Shown: positions 1 to 10,641 of the stretch, piece by piece
Layout: each line of letters begins with the position of its first letter
How positions within the stretch are numbered: position 1 is the first letter of the stretch
Assembly (NCBI GenBank): GCA_963758295.1
Contig: CAVWUU010000004.1
Coordinates: forward strand, 64,001 to 128,000
DNA length: 64,000 nucleotides
Source: Candidatus Eremiobacteria bacterium
Lineage (GTDB): Bacteria > Vulcanimicrobiota > Vulcanimicrobiia > Vulcanimicrobiales > Vulcanimicrobiaceae
Reading direction: 5' to 3'
Notes under the pieces: generated by a model
What the model was told of the DNA's origin: nothing
What the model saw: only the letters and a program-made list of their open reading frames with translations
The model's database searches: none
Made by a program: the position numbers and the translations under genes

Positions 1-1
1 G

Positions 2-571
2 GGGGCAGAAGCGCGAACCTACGATGAAGCGGGACAACTGCTGATCGTCTATCGCGATTCCGAAGACTTTGCCGGTGGAATCGATTTGCGCCACGATTTG
101 CGCGATTACGTCGAATCTATCATTCACCAAGAATGGCCGGCGCTCCACGACGGACGCGAAGCGGCGACAATAGCAACCGGCAAGGTTACGCACATTGCAC
201 GCGCCCTTCGCGCCATTAACCCGCGCAACGACGGCCAACAAGAAGTCTATGCGAATATGCTGGGCGCATTTAGCGCCTCGTTAATCGACCGCGACGCGCG
301 ATTATCCGAAGACGTCACCGGCTTGAACGACGTGATGTGGTGGATCGTCATGGCGGGAGCCATCATAACGATCGGCTTTACGTACCTGTTCGGCTTCAAG
401 AACAACAAAATGCAGTCGGCTATGATAGGAACGCTCGCGACGCTCATCGGCCTCGTGATATTTCTGACGATAAGCATGGACTATCCGTTCGCCGGCGACA
501 TCCAAGTGCGCCCGGAAGCGTTCCACCATCTGTTGATGGACTTCAACAACGTCGACCAGTACGAGCGCTAG
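2..571 (+). CDS. DUF4239-like (bestrophin-like) membrane protein, 5' truncated by window edge
   Basis: Frame is open from base 2; two C-terminal TM helices followed by DYPFAGDIQVRPEAF, typical of DUF4239. Confidence 0.7.
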   Translation, partial: GAEARTYDEAGQLLIVYRDSEDFAGGIDLRHDLRDYVESIIHQEWPALHDGREAATIATGKVTHIARALRAINPRNDGQQEVYANMLGAFSASLIDRDARLSEDVTGLNDVMWWIVMAGAIITIGFTYLFGFKNNKMQSAMIGTLATLIGLVIFLTISMDYPFAGDIQVRPEAFHHLLMDFNNVDQYER

Positions 572-1579
572 CGCTGGTTGAATTCGGCTTCGGCCCGCCG
601 GCCGAGGGTCGTAATGGGCGAACGCGTAACGCTCGTTTCGCTCATTGCTCCGCGAATCGGCAACTTCTGATTGTCGCCGGCCTTCGGGAGCAGCCATGCT
701 GCGATTTCCATCCCGCGGGAGAACAAACCCGGTGCGAGACCGTGAAGGCGGGATCCGATTTTCGCCGGCACGCCGACATCGACGCTCGCGTCTCGCCGGG
801 CACAGGCATCGACGATGCGGCTCGCTGCGGCTTTCGCGGAGATCGATAAGATCGGAAGCGTGTCCGAGACCATGAACCAGGCGTACTCGGCTTCGTTATT
901 GCCTTTGAACCAGGCGTTGCGCGGACTTCCCGTACGCATCAGGCCGGGAGCTACCGTGGTCACGGAAACGCCGAAGCGCGACGCTTCCGCGCGCAGACCT
1001 TCGGAGAATCCCACGGCAGCAAATTTACTGACGCTGTAAGGAAGCAGGTGCGGCACCGAGATGCGCCCGCCGATGGACGTGATGTTCACGATACGTCCGT
1101 GGGTTTCGCACAAAGTCTTCCACGCCGATTCGATCGTGTTATACGCACCCCAGAAGTGCGTTGCGAGCGCGTCTTCGTAATCCGTGCGGGTCATCGTTTC
1201 CATTGGGCCGACAGCGATAATGCCCGCGTTATTCACGACGACGTCGATTTTGCCGTATTGCAAAATAACGGCGGCCATCGTTCGGCTCACGTCGGCGGCA
1301 TCGCGAACATCGCAGCTTTTCGCCACAACCGGGCGGCCAAAGCGTTCTTCGAGCAGCTTCCGTGCATTCTCCAGGTGCGGTTTGATCGCGAGAAAGGATA
1401 GCAAGCGATGCGCCGCGCGCCGCAAACTCCTCCGCCATAGCGAGCCCTAGCCCGCGCGATCCCCCGGTTACGACGACAACCTTTCCGTCGAATGTCTGCG
1501 TTCGTTTCCCACGCGTGAGCCGGAATGCTGCAAACGCCAGCGCGCTGACGCCAAGGCCGTACCAGTATTGCTTGCGCAT
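568..1579 (-). CDS. SDR family NAD(P)-dependent oxidoreductase (one frameshift near 1380)
   Basis: N-terminal TGGSRGLG in ORF 1229..1966 (ATG 1579); NNAG, YSVSK and PGLMRT in ORF 568..1425. Confidence 0.9.
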
Positions 1580-1699
1580 GCACGCAGTATTCCCGGATGG
1601 CCTCTTGCATCGACACTGCGCTTGCTGTGTTGCCCTCCGAGCGGACTTGTTTGGTATAGCGCGTGAGGGCGGAACACCAACGACGATGAGGACCAGCTT

Positions 1700-2122
1700 A
1701 TGAAACCGGCTTACAGAAACGCCGCCTTGGCGGCGAGCGGCATTATCGTTGCAGCGATCGCGGCTAACGCCGTGCGAAACCGCCCACGGACGCATCGCAA
1801 GATCGCACAGACGCTTACCGTCCTGTTGGACCAGGATGCTGTTGTGGAAGCTCTTAGCGACGGTACGTATATTGCCCGCGCTGCCGATTGTGATTCCGTG
1901 GACGTTCGGCACGACGAACAGATGCACGTGTACGAGTGGGGCTGCGCTTCCCACGGCGACCAGCACGCGGCCCGGCTCGCGTTGATCAAAGCGCCGTCAG
2001 ATCGCGGCACCGAGCTGCACTTAGTGATGAACGATCGCAAGTACAACGTGAAAGAGGTCGTTCGCCGGCTCAAATATCTGCTCGAGGCGGGCGAGATTCC
2101 CACGGGAGCGAGAACCGCATGA
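1700..2122 (+). CDS. Small SRPBCC/cyclase-like protein coupled to the Zn-dependent dehydrogenase
   Basis: GAGG RBS; APxxRGTE and [14 protein letters not shown] motifs; ATGA overlap with the next gene. Confidence 0.6.
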   Translation: MKPAYRNAALAASGIIVAAIAANAVRNRPRTHRKIAQTLTVLLDQDAVVEALSDGTYIARAADCDSVDVRHDEQMHVYEWGCASHGDQHAARLALIKAPSDRGTELHLVMNDRKYNVKEVVRRLKYLLEAGEIPTGARTA

Positions 2123-3345
2123 AGGCCGTAGTATGGCACGGCGTCCACGACGTCCGCGTTGAAAACGTTCCCGATCCGCAAATTTTGAATCCGCGCGATG
2201 CAATCATTCGCGTCACCGCAACGGCAATTTGCGGTTCCGACATGCACTTGTACAACGGCTTCGTGCTGATGATGGAACCCGGCGATATCTTGGGTCACGA
2301 ATTCATGGGCATCGTCGAAGAAGTCGGCCCGGGCGTCCGGAATCTCAAGCCCGGCGACCGCGTCGTAGTTCCTTTTACGATTTCGTGCGGAAACTGCGAA
2401 CCGTGTCACCGCGGCCGCTGGTCGCTGTGCGACAATTCCAATCCGAACGCGCATATCGTGGAACGCCTCTACGGCTACACCGGTGCGGGATTATACGGCT
2501 ATTCGCACCTGTACGGAGGCTATTCCGGCGGTCAAGCCGAGTACGTGCGCGTACCCTACGCCGATGTCGGGCCGGTGAAAGTTCCTGATTCGCTCAGCGA
2601 CGAGCAGGTGCTGTATCTTTCCGATATCTTCCCGACGGGTTACATGGCAGCGGAGAATGCCGACATCAAGCAAGGCGACGTCGTCGCCATTTGGGGCTGC
2701 GGCCCCGTGGGCCAGTTCGCCATTCGCAGCGCCATGCTGCTCGGCGCGGAGAAAGTCATCGCCATCGATCGCTTCGACGAACGTTTGAATCTGGCACGAG
2801 ACGCGGGCGCTGAAACGATCAATCACGACGCGGTGAACGTCTTGGACGCGTTATATCAAGTCACCGGAGGCCGCGGTCCGGATTCGTGCATCGATTGCGT
2901 TGGAATGGAAGCGCACGGCGTAACACCCGATGCGGTGCTCGATAAAGTCCAGCAATCGATGCGGTTGGAATTGGATCGTCCGCACGTGTTGCGCGAAGCC
3001 ATCACGGCTTGCGGAAAAGGCGGCACGATCTCCATCCCCGGCGTGTACACCGGATTCATCAACATGATGCCCATGGGCACTGTATTCGGCAAAGGGTTGC
3101 AACTGCGCACCGGCCAGACGCATATGCAGCGGTACCTAAAGCCGCTCTTGGGACTCATCGAACGCGGTGAGATCGATCCGTCGTTCGTGATCACTCATCG
3201 CGGTACACTCGACGACGCGCCGCTGTACTATAAAGACATGGCGCGCCACCGCGACGCATTCGTGAAGAGTTTCCTAAGACCAAATGCGATTCCGGAACCA
3301 ACAGCGCTGCACGAAGAAATCGAACTATTGGACGCGCGACTTTAA
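2119..3345 (+). CDS. Zn-dependent alcohol dehydrogenase (glutathione-independent formaldehyde dehydrogenase / YbdR-like)
   Basis: ICGSD, GHEFMG, CxxCxxC structural Zn site, GCGPVG; ATG at 2119. Confidence 0.92.
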   Translation: MKAVVWHGVHDVRVENVPDPQILNPRDAIIRVTATAICGSDMHLYNGFVLMMEPGDILGHEFMGIVEEVGPGVRNLKPGDRVVVPFTISCGNCEPCHRGRWSLCDNSNPNAHIVERLYGYTGAGLYGYSHLYGGYSGGQAEYVRVPYADVGPVKVPDSLSDEQVLYLSDIFPTGYMAAENADIKQGDVVAIWGCGPVGQFAIRSAMLLGAEKVIAIDRFDERLNLARDAGAETINHDAVNVLDALYQVTGGRGPDSCIDCVGMEAHGVTPDAVLDKVQQSMRLELDRPHVLREAITACGKGGTISIPGVYTGFINMMPMGTVFGKGLQLRTGQTHMQRYLKPLLGLIERGEIDPSFVITHRGTLDDAPLYYKDMARHRDAFVKSFLRPNAIPEPTALHEEIELLDARL

Positions 3346-3945
3346 CTACACCAGCGCGGTCCCGATGAGGCCGTTGCGCGTAACAAGCGCAGCAAGCTGG
3401 GACTCATCAAGGGTATCGGTTCCGGGTGGACGTTGCGGAAGCACCATATAGCGTGCTTCCGCGGTGCTGTCCCAGACCGCGATGGAAACGTCAGCGGAAA
3501 GCCGTACGCCGAATTCTTCCAAAACGCCGCGCGGGTCTCGAACGGTTCGGGCGCGATACGCGTCGCTCTTGTACCACGCCGGCGATGGGCCCAACACCGC
3601 AATCGGATAGCACGAGCAGAGCGTGCAGACGATGACGTTATGACGTTCCGTCGTGTTTTCAACCACGTTAAGCCGAACCGGTGCCCAATGCGAAAGATCG
3701 ACGCCCACTTCCGTTACGGCGGAATTTGCATTCTGAAGCAACCGTTGTTTGAATTCCGGGTCGGTCCATGCGCGCGCGACGATGCGATATCCGTTCTCCG
3801 GGCGCGCATGAAGCAGAAATCGCTCGACGATTTCATCCAGGTGCGTTTCCGTAGTGATTCCGCTGCGCTCCAGCTGCGCGACCAGCCGTTTGACGCGTTG
3901 CGAAACCTGGGCACTGCCTTCGTGGTCGTGAAGATGCTCGCTCAT
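3346..3945 (-). CDS. nthA: Cobalt-type nitrile hydratase alpha subunit
   Basis: Metal motif VCTLCSCY; VARAWTDPEFK; WYKSxxYR; His-rich N-terminus. Confidence 0.93.
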   Translation of the reverse strand: MSEHLHDHEGSAQVSQRVKRLVAQLERSGITTETHLDEIVERFLLHARPENGYRIVARAWTDPEFKQRLLQNANSAVTEVGVDLSHWAPVRLNVVENTTERHNVIVCTLCSCYPIAVLGPSPAWYKSDAYRARTVRDPRGVLEEFGVRLSADVSIAVWDSTAEARYMVLPQRPPGTDTLDESQLAALVTRNGLIGTALV

Positions 3946-4217
3946 GGTGCCGGCTCCAAATACACTTCAAAAAGGTCGGCGTAAATAACGTCGCCGGCGG
4001 CAGCGTCGGCCCACACGTCTTTTGCATCGAACGCACAGGTATAGAGGGTGCTTCTCTGCGCGTTACGCGGATCGACCGACGCTTCATCGGGAAGCGGGAA
4101 CGATCCGAGCGAACCCAAGACGACTGCCGGCTTTCGTTCGAGATATGCTGGGAGCCGCGTGTGTCCCGCGGTATGCCGGTGGAGAGTGCGGACGCGCGCG
4201 CCGGATTCAAACGGCAT
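3942..4217 (-). CDS. Nitrile hydratase beta subunit, C-terminal SH3-like half, as a separate ORF
   Basis: GHTRLPAY and DLFEVYLEP motifs; ATGA overlap with alpha. Confidence 0.85.
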   Translation of the reverse strand: MPFESGARVRTLHRHTAGHTRLPAYLERKPAVVLGSLGSFPLPDEASVDPRNAQRSTLYTCAFDAKDVWADAAAGDVIYADLFEVYLEPAP

Positions 4218-4476
4218 CGCGGAGCATTCCCTTTTCCCCGAGGAGCGTTTCGATTGCGTGAAGCCAGCGCTCGTAGTACGACGCCGAATGGTACGCTTGC
4301 GGACTCATCCGCTCTATCGCATCACGGAATTCGTCCAGCGTGTACGCGCCCTTGGCTAGCAGCGTTCTATTGATGGCGAAGACGCGCGCTTCCCATTCGT
4401 GGTGGAAGGGAGCGCCGTCATCGTTCGTGTCGATCGGCCCGAATCCCGAAGAGCCGCCGAGATCGTGCGGTCGCAT
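4207..4476 (-). CDS. Nitrile hydratase beta subunit, N-terminal half, as a separate ORF
   Basis: HDLGG..GFGP, FHHEWE, DEFRDAIERM, SYYERW; AAGGAGG RBS. Confidence 0.88.
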   Translation of the reverse strand: MRPHDLGGSSGFGPIDTNDDGAPFHHEWEARVFAINRTLLAKGAYTLDEFRDAIERMSPQAYHSASYYERWLHAIETLLGEKGMLRDAV

Positions 4477-4507
4477 TCATGCCTCCTTCGGTTTGCGTTC
4501 GTTCAGC

Positions 4508-6151
4508 CTAAATCGCCGGTTTAGCTTCTTTTACGAACGGCAGTTCGCAGGCGTGACGCGCGTCGAGGAACGCGCGGCCTTTGCCGGCACGTTCCGCCGA
4601 GCGGAACGCGGTCCAAAACGCCTGTGAGCCGGGAAGCTCCCGCGCCGGGTCCGTTACGTAAACCGGCCATTGGGCGCCGGCGTTCATTAGCGGAAAACGC
4701 TGGAGCCATGCGCACAATTCCAGGTTGCGCCGCAGACGGTTGTCCTCGATTGAAATAAAGTACCGCGCCCCTTTGCGAATCGCACTCTCTTCGTCGAACG
4801 GCGTCCAGAGATACGGGTCCTCTTCCCAGCCGTAACGGTTGATGTAGTAGAGCACGTCCGGGCCGTAGTGACCCACCACGACGGTTGCGCCCGGCGCAAG
4901 CACATGATTGAGCGTCGTGGCGCCCTTGTACGTTTGTTTGCTGTACTCGTAATAGGGCCGGATTGCGGCGCGGCCTTGCGCGAACGAGGCGAGTGCCAGC
5001 AGCGGCACCAGCGCCGCGATCGCATAGCGCGCTGCAGGCGCCGCATCGACCGTCAAAACGTAGTCAATGAATCGAGCCATCGCGCCGCCGAGGACCAGCG
5101 CGCACAGCGGCAGCAGCAGATACATGTAGTAGTCAACGCGCTCCACCGTTACGACGGCGTACGTGTACGCCAGGCCGCCGATGAGCCAGCCCCACAGGAC
5201 CGCTTTGCTGCGCGTCTGTACCCATGGCAGTGCGATGAACGCCGCGACGGTAAGGATCGTTGCGAGCGTTCCGAGCATCGTTGCCCGAAGCATGCCGAGG
5301 ACTTCACGGAACTGCGAAAACTTCAGAGCGAATCCGGAACCGCTCGTAAACGCTTCTTTCAACGCCGGAACGACGTGCAGCGACGTGATGCCGCTTGCCC
5401 AATGCCATTCGGCATGCGCGCTTACGCGTTGATCGTAGACGCCGAGAATCAGCAACGGAATGACGAGCAGCACGGCGAGCGCCGTCACGCGCATCGTCCG
5501 GCCCGCGCGTGCGCGTTCCCAAATAACGCCAAGCACCGGAATGATTCCGGCGACGGCGACCGGCTTCGCGAGATACGCAAATGTGAGCAACGCCGTAACG
5601 CGAGCGAGGCCTCGTTGCGTCAGCGCTTCGTCTTCGACGATGAATCTCGTAACCGCGTAGAGCGCCGCGGTGAGAAAGAAAACCATCGTCGTGTCCGGCG
5701 TGAAGGTACGGCCGTAGTAAACCGAACCGGGAAACGTCGCGAAGAAGAAGGCGGCGATAAGGCCCGCGGTCGCGCTGAAGAAAAGCCAGCGCGCGAATAA
5801 TCCGATGATGACCACCGTCCCGACCGAGAAGACAAGGGAGATCAGCCGGCCGAAGATTTCGTGAACGCCGAAAATCTTGTAGAGCGTAGCCGCGAGAAAC
5901 GGAACGATCTGCAGTTCGAGCTCGACGTAGTTCGGCGGTGGACCGTTATAGTTCGTTTGCGGATAGAGAATGTTGTATTGCAGCGTCGCAAAATTTCTCG
6001 CGATGCTTGCCGTATCGCCCTGGCGCCACGCCGGATGATCCAGAATCGGATCGTGGATGCCTTTGAGCCGGAGGACGATCGCCAGCAGGGCGATCAGCAC
6101 CATGCCGATCGCCCACCAGCGGCCGCCTAGCCGGCGTGTTTGAACGTCCAA
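4508..6151 (-). CDS. GT-C fold glycosyltransferase (ArnT/PMT, family 39/83-like)
   Basis: Multi-pass membrane protein; WRQxDT..IARNF N-terminal loop; start uncertain. Confidence 0.8.
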   Translation of the reverse strand: MDVQTRRLGGRWWAIGMVLIALLAIVLRLKGIHDPILDHPAWRQGDTASIARNFATLQYNILYPQTNYNGPPPNYVELELQIVPFLAATLYKIFGVHEIFGRLISLVFSVGTVVIIGLFARWLFFSATAGLIAAFFFATFPGSVYYGRTFTPDTTMVFFLTAALYAVTRFIVEDEALTQRGLARVTALLTFAYLAKPVAVAGIIPVLGVIWERARAGRTMRVTALAVLLVIPLLILGVYDQRVSAHAEWHWASGITSLHVVPALKEAFTSGSGFALKFSQFREVLGMLRATMLGTLATILTVAAFIALPWVQTRSKAVLWGWLIGGLAYTYAVVTVERVDYYMYLLLPLCALVLGGAMARFIDYVLTVDAAPAARYAIAALVPLLALASFAQGRAAIRPYYEYSKQTYKGATTLNHVLAPGATVVVGHYGPDVLYYINRYGWEEDPYLWTPFDEESAIRKGARYFISIEDNRLRRNLELCAWLQRFPLMNAGAQWPVYVTDPARELPGSQAFWTAFRSAERAGKGRAFLDARHACELPFVKEAKPAI

Positions 6152-6552
6152 TATTTGTTAATGAAGAAGTTGACGAAAATACCGGCTACGGTGGCGACAA
6201 ACCACGTCTTATGACCGTGACCGAGGTACGGTGCCACAAGGGCGGAGACCATCAGGCCTACGATCAAAGCGATTATCGAGACGGTAAGGAATTGCGCGCC
6301 TTCCCGGAAGGCGTGACCCGTAGAGCGGAATGTCCAAACGCGGTTCAGCCAATAATTCGACACGCCGCCCGCGAGAAAAGCAATCGAATATAAAGCGTAA
6401 TACGGACCGGGTTCGGCGTGATTCGGAACGACGCGCTGGAGAAGCGTGAAGACCAAAAAATTGACGATGAAACCGGAGAAGCCGACGACGCCGAACTTGA
6501 AGAATTGCCGCACTCCGCGGCGCGAGGCGAACGTGGAGATGCTGTTATGCAA
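6127..6552 (-). CDS. GtrA family lipid-linked sugar flippase
   Basis: QFFKFGVVG, NYWLNRVWTF, NFFINKYWTF; four TM helices. Confidence 0.9.
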   Translation of the reverse strand: MHNSISTFASRRGVRQFFKFGVVGFSGFIVNFLVFTLLQRVVPNHAEPGPYYALYSIAFLAGGVSNYWLNRVWTFRSTGHAFREGAQFLTVSIIALIVGLMVSALVAPYLGHGHKTWFVATVAGIFVNFFINKYWTFKHAG

Positions 6553-8086
6553 CCCAATACCAATCTGCGAAGAGGACGGTGAAAAGCCCGAGCAGCGGCA
6601 GGGAGAACGCGAGGATGAGATTGTTCACCGACGAGCGTTCGCCCCAGCGCGCGAGAATGCCATACATCGGGAAGAGCACAAGCGCAAAGCGCGGCATGCT
6701 CATCAAGCTCGACGTGGACATCGGCACGAGAATCGAGAGCGCCATATAAGCGATGTATGACGGACGCAGTTGACGCCAACCGCCAATAAGCACGCCGATC
6801 ATTAGGAAGGTGAAAGCGATTTCGAGCGACTGATTCGCAACCGTTTGATCTTGCGTGGCGTGCGCGATCTTGCTGAAGGCGTTGATCAGGCTAACCCACG
6901 GCGGCGCAAAGTGGCGGTTCCAGTGGATCTGCACGTGCGAGAAGTAGAGCGGGTCGGCGCGCAGCACCCAGAGATACGCCATGTAGATCGCGAGCCCGGC
7001 CGGGATAAATGCGGCCGGAATCAAGTTCGGAAGGCCTTCTTTGAGCGAGTTCTTGTTCTGCGCGAACCACTCTATGAGGAACGGGACCACCAGCAAGATG
7101 CCTTCGACGCGCGTCATGGCGGCGAAGAAGCCGATGATCCCGGCAAGCCACCACCGGTGCGAGCGCATGTAGTAAAACGACCCGACGGTCAGCATGAAGA
7201 AGAGCGACTCGGTATAAACTGCCGAGAAGAATACTGCCGAGGGGAAAATCGAAACATAGAAGATCGCGCGGCGGGCGGTGCTGCGGTCGTATTCGTGCTC
7301 CAGCAGCTTGTACAAAAATAAGAGCCCGAAGAAAAACGACGCGTTCGAGATCAACAGGCCGGCGATCAGGTGATTGCCCGAAAGATTTCCCAACACGCGG
7401 ATGAGGAACGGATATAGCGGAAAGAACGCCATGTCGGTTCCCTGATAGCCTTGCGTTGCAATATCCAGGTAGTGCACCGCGTCCCAGCGACCCCACACGT
7501 TGAGCAGCAAGTTGGTCGATTCTTGAACGTGCGTGCCCGCGCGTTGGCCGATGATGATCGCTGCGAGTTCTGCGATAACGATAACTGCCAGCCGCGTCGC
7601 AACGAAATCCAGCAATACTTCGCGGACGGTTTGGTTGAATCGCGCCGCGATCAGCAATTTCCCGACGCAGAACAGGCCGGCGCAGACGACGAAGAGCCGC
7701 GTGCCGTGACCCCACGAGGGCGAGAGCACGAACGCGAGCCAGAGCAATAAGAACGGCGCCCACGTAATGGCGTCGTACTGCAGCGACCGGGCGAACGTGA
7801 TGCCGGTGCGGCGACAGAAGTAAAGGCTGTACCAACGCCATCCTGCCAGAACCGCGACGAAGCCGATTGCGACGAAAAGCAGCAGCGCGAGTTCCGTGAG
7901 CGACGGCTCGTGGCGCGGAATGATGAACCCAAACCACGCAAAGAATCCGAGCGTAATGCCGGACAACGCAACGGCGGCAAACGCACCCGGACCTGCCGCA
8001 AGCGCGTCGCCAAGGAATGCCATGCGCTGTTGCGCCGGACGTGGAACATTGACTTGCGCGGACACGGCGCTTCTTCTTAAACGCAA
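6545..8086 (-). CDS. PIG-V-like mannosyltransferase (GT-C); true start may be 8023
   Basis: RWDAVHYLDIA..GY, AFFPLYP, YTESLF, SMPRF motifs. Confidence 0.85.
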   Translation of the reverse strand: MRLRRSAVSAQVNVPRPAQQRMAFLGDALAAGPGAFAAVALSGITLGFFAWFGFIIPRHEPSLTELALLLFVAIGFVAVLAGWRWYSLYFCRRTGITFARSLQYDAITWAPFLLLWLAFVLSPSWGHGTRLFVVCAGLFCVGKLLIAARFNQTVREVLLDFVATRLAVIVIAELAAIIIGQRAGTHVQESTNLLLNVWGRWDAVHYLDIATQGYQGTDMAFFPLYPFLIRVLGNLSGNHLIAGLLISNASFFFGLLFLYKLLEHEYDRSTARRAIFYVSIFPSAVFFSAVYTESLFFMLTVGSFYYMRSHRWWLAGIIGFFAAMTRVEGILLVVPFLIEWFAQNKNSLKEGLPNLIPAAFIPAGLAIYMAYLWVLRADPLYFSHVQIHWNRHFAPPWVSLINAFSKIAHATQDQTVANQSLEIAFTFLMIGVLIGGWRQLRPSYIAYMALSILVPMSTSSLMSMPRFALVLFPMYGILARWGERSSVNNLILAFSLPLLGLFTVLFADWYWVA

Positions 8087-8222
8087 GTTACCCCACCCCT
8101 TGCAAAACCGAAGAAGGGCTTACGGCAATTGGGGGCCGACGCCAATTGGCGGCCCAGGGTACGCAACGTGCAGCGTTCTTTTCGACAGGATTTGGTCGGT
8201 TAGCAGTGTAGCCAAGGCCACC

Positions 8223-9170
8223 ATGGTCAACTCCCTCGATTTCATCAAAGTAACCGAGACCGCAGCTCTTGCTGCATCCCGCTGGATGGGACGCGGAGAG
8301 CGCGATGCTGCCGATGGCGCAGCAGTGGAGAAGATGCGCGAGGCGCTCGGCGAGATGGAAATCTCGGGTCGTATCGTCATCGGCGAGGGTGAGCGCGACG
8401 AAGCGCCCATGCTCTATATCGGTGAGGAACTTGGCCGCGGGGGCGTGGAGATCGATATCGCGGTCGACCCGGTCGAAGGCACCAATCTGGTCGCCAATGG
8501 TCTGCCCAACTCGATCGCGGTCATGGCCATCGCGGAACGCGGCGGATTGCTGCACGCGCCGGACTCTTATATGAAGAAGCTTGCCGTCGGGCCGAAGGCC
8601 GCGCCTTTCGTGCACATCGACGCTCCGGTCCGCGAAAACATCGAGGCGGTCGCCAACGCGCTCGAAAAGCCGATCAACGACATCTGCGTCGTCATCCTGG
8701 ACCGGCCGCGTCATGCCAATCTCATCGAAGACGTCCGGGCCGCCGGGGCACGGATCAAGCTCATTTCCGACGGCGACGTGGACGCTTGCATCGCTACCTC
8801 GATCGAGTCTACCGGAATCCATATCGCAATGGGAACCGGGGGAGCGCCCGAAGGCGTGCTCGCGGCGGCAGCCATCAAATGCTTGGGCGGCAACTTCATG
8901 GGCCGGCTCGAGCCGCGAAATCCGCAAGAAGCCGAACGGGCGGTCGCTATGGGATTTGGAAAACTCGACCGCGTGCTGGAAATCGACGACCTCGTGAAGA
9001 GCGACCATGTGATCTTCTGCGCCACGGGCATTACGGACGGAGACCTGATGCGCGGAGTGCGGTTCTTTGGAAACCACGCGCGGACGCATTCGATCCTCGT
9101 CCACGCGAATGGAACCGTCCGCTTCATCGAGTCGGTCCACCGGCTCGGAGCGCGCCCGGCCGGTCGCTGA
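8223..9170 (+). CDS. glpX: Class II fructose-1,6-bisphosphatase
   Basis: [34 protein letters not shown]. Confidence 0.95.
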   Translation: MVNSLDFIKVTETAALAASRWMGRGERDAADGAAVEKMREALGEMEISGRIVIGEGERDEAPMLYIGEELGRGGVEIDIAVDPVEGTNLVANGLPNSIAVMAIAERGGLLHAPDSYMKKLAVGPKAAPFVHIDAPVRENIEAVANALEKPINDICVVILDRPRHANLIEDVRAAGARIKLISDGDVDACIATSIESTGIHIAMGTGGAPEGVLAAAAIKCLGGNFMGRLEPRNPQEAERAVAMGFGKLDRVLEIDDLVKSDHVIFCATGITDGDLMRGVRFFGNHARTHSILVHANGTVRFIESVHRLGARPAGR

Positions 9171-9207
9171 CAACTTTCGGCGCCTCACGGCGTTGTAAGG
9201 ACTGGTT

Positions 9208-10641
9208 ATGAAGAAAGAACGGTTCGATCTCGTCGTCATCGGCGCGGGCTCCGGCGGCTACGCGGCCGCCCGCACCGCACGGGATCTCGGCGCCACGGTT
9301 GCGCTTATCGATGAAGGACCACTTGGCGGCCTATGCATTCTGCGCGGCTGCATGCCCAGCAAAGCTTTATTGGCATCAAGCGATGCAGCGCACGATGCGC
9401 GCGAAGCTTCCGCGCTCGGAGTAAACGTCTCCGGAGTTTCCGTCGACATGGCGTTCATTGCCGCGCGTAAGCGCCGGCTCGTGAATGAGTTCGCGGACTA
9501 CCGGGTCGAGGGGATCGAAACGTTTCCGCTCTTCATGGGGCGCGCCAAATTCCTTTCGCCGCACGAAGTGCAAGTCGGTGAAGACACCGTCGTCGAAGCG
9601 TCGAAATTCATCATCGCAACGGGCAGTTCGGTGTCGCCTGCGGTCCTGCCGGGATTGAGCGAAGCCGGGTTCATCGACAGCGACTCGGCTCTCGAACTCG
9701 AAAGCGTCCCGGAGTCGGTCATCGTGCTCGGCGGCGGATATACCGCTTGCGAACTCGGACAATTTCTTGCACGGATGGGCTCGCGCGTGACGATGCTGAT
9801 TCGCAGCGGGCATTTGCTCACCGAACAGGACGACGACATCGGCGATACGCTGACGCAAGCCTACCGAGAAGAAGGCATCGACGTCATTACGGGAACGTCG
9901 CTGCTTCGTATCGAGGTCCGTGACGGGAAAAAGGTCGTCGTTGCAAAGGTCGCGGACGTGGAGCGCGAGTTCATTGCCCATGAAATTTTCTACGCGCTCG
10001 GCCGGACGCCGAACGTCGGCAGCATGGGGCTGGAAGAAGCCGGCGTCGCGCATCATTCGATTACCGGCATCGACGTCGATCTTACGCTGCGCACGAGCAA
10101 TGAAAACATCTTCGCGGTCGGAGACGTGACGGGCGATTTCCCACTCGTTCACGTTGCGATCTATCAAGGTGAAATTGCCGGACGCAATGCGATTACCGGT
10201 TCGAACGAAGAAGCCGACTACCGGATCGTTACTGCACATACCATTTTCAGCGATCCGCAAGTTGCCGTGGTCGGAGCAACCGAAAAGCGCCTGCAACGCG
10301 AAGGCAGGCCATACGTAGTGGGCAAGTACGAGTTTGCGGAACACGGCAAAGCCATGTGTTTGAACAAGACCGTAGGTTTCGTGAAGATGCTGGCCCATCC
10401 CGAGAGCGGCGAAATTCTCGGCGCATCAATCGTAGGCCCGCAAGCCTCCGAGTTGATCCACGAAGTGATCGTGGCGATGAACTTCCATTCAACAGTCGAG
10501 CAGTTCATGCGTATCCCGCATCTCCATCCAACGCTTGCGGAAATTTGGACGTATCCGGCCGAAGAGTGCGCGGCTCAGCTTGGTTTGAAGGCGCCGGTCG
10601 ATCAGCAAATCGAAGTGGCAACGAGTGGAACCGCCGGTTAA
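9208..10641 (+). CDS. Dihydrolipoyl dehydrogenase-like pyridine nucleotide-disulfide oxidoreductase
   Basis: GAGSGG, CILRGCMPSK redox disulfide, HPTLAE; no C-terminal Cys-Cys. Confidence 0.85.
   Translation: MKKERFDLVVIGAGSGGYAAARTARDLGATVALIDEGPLGGLCILRGCMPSKALLASSDAAHDAREASALGVNVSGVSVDMAFIAARKRRLVNEFADYRVEGIETFPLFMGRAKFLSPHEVQVGEDTVVEASKFIIATGSSVSPAVLPGLSEAGFIDSDSALELESVPESVIVLGGGYTACELGQFLARMGSRVTMLIRSGHLLTEQDDDIGDTLTQAYREEGIDVITGTSLLRIEVRDGKKVVVAKVADVEREFIAHEIFYALGRTPNVGSMGLEEAGVAHHSITGIDVDLTLRTSNENIFAVGDVTGDFPLVHVAIYQGEIAGRNAITGSNEEADYRIVTAHTIFSDPQVAVVGATEKRLQREGRPYVVGKYEFAEHGKAMCLNKTVGFVKMLAHPESGEILGASIVGPQASELIHEVIVAMNFHSTVEQFMRIPHLHPTLAEIWTYPAEECAAQLGLKAPVDQQIEVATSGTAG

Noticed and set aside
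8088..9239. Long antisense ORFs (e.g. 8088..9239, 9376..10398, 26980..28041, 40930..41988)
   Set aside because: Shadow frames of well-supported genes in high-GC DNA, with no recognisable motifs
9208..10641. Mercuric reductase MerA
   Set aside because: No C-terminal Cys-Cys, has the HPTxxE motif of lipoamide dehydrogenases, and no mer genes are nearby
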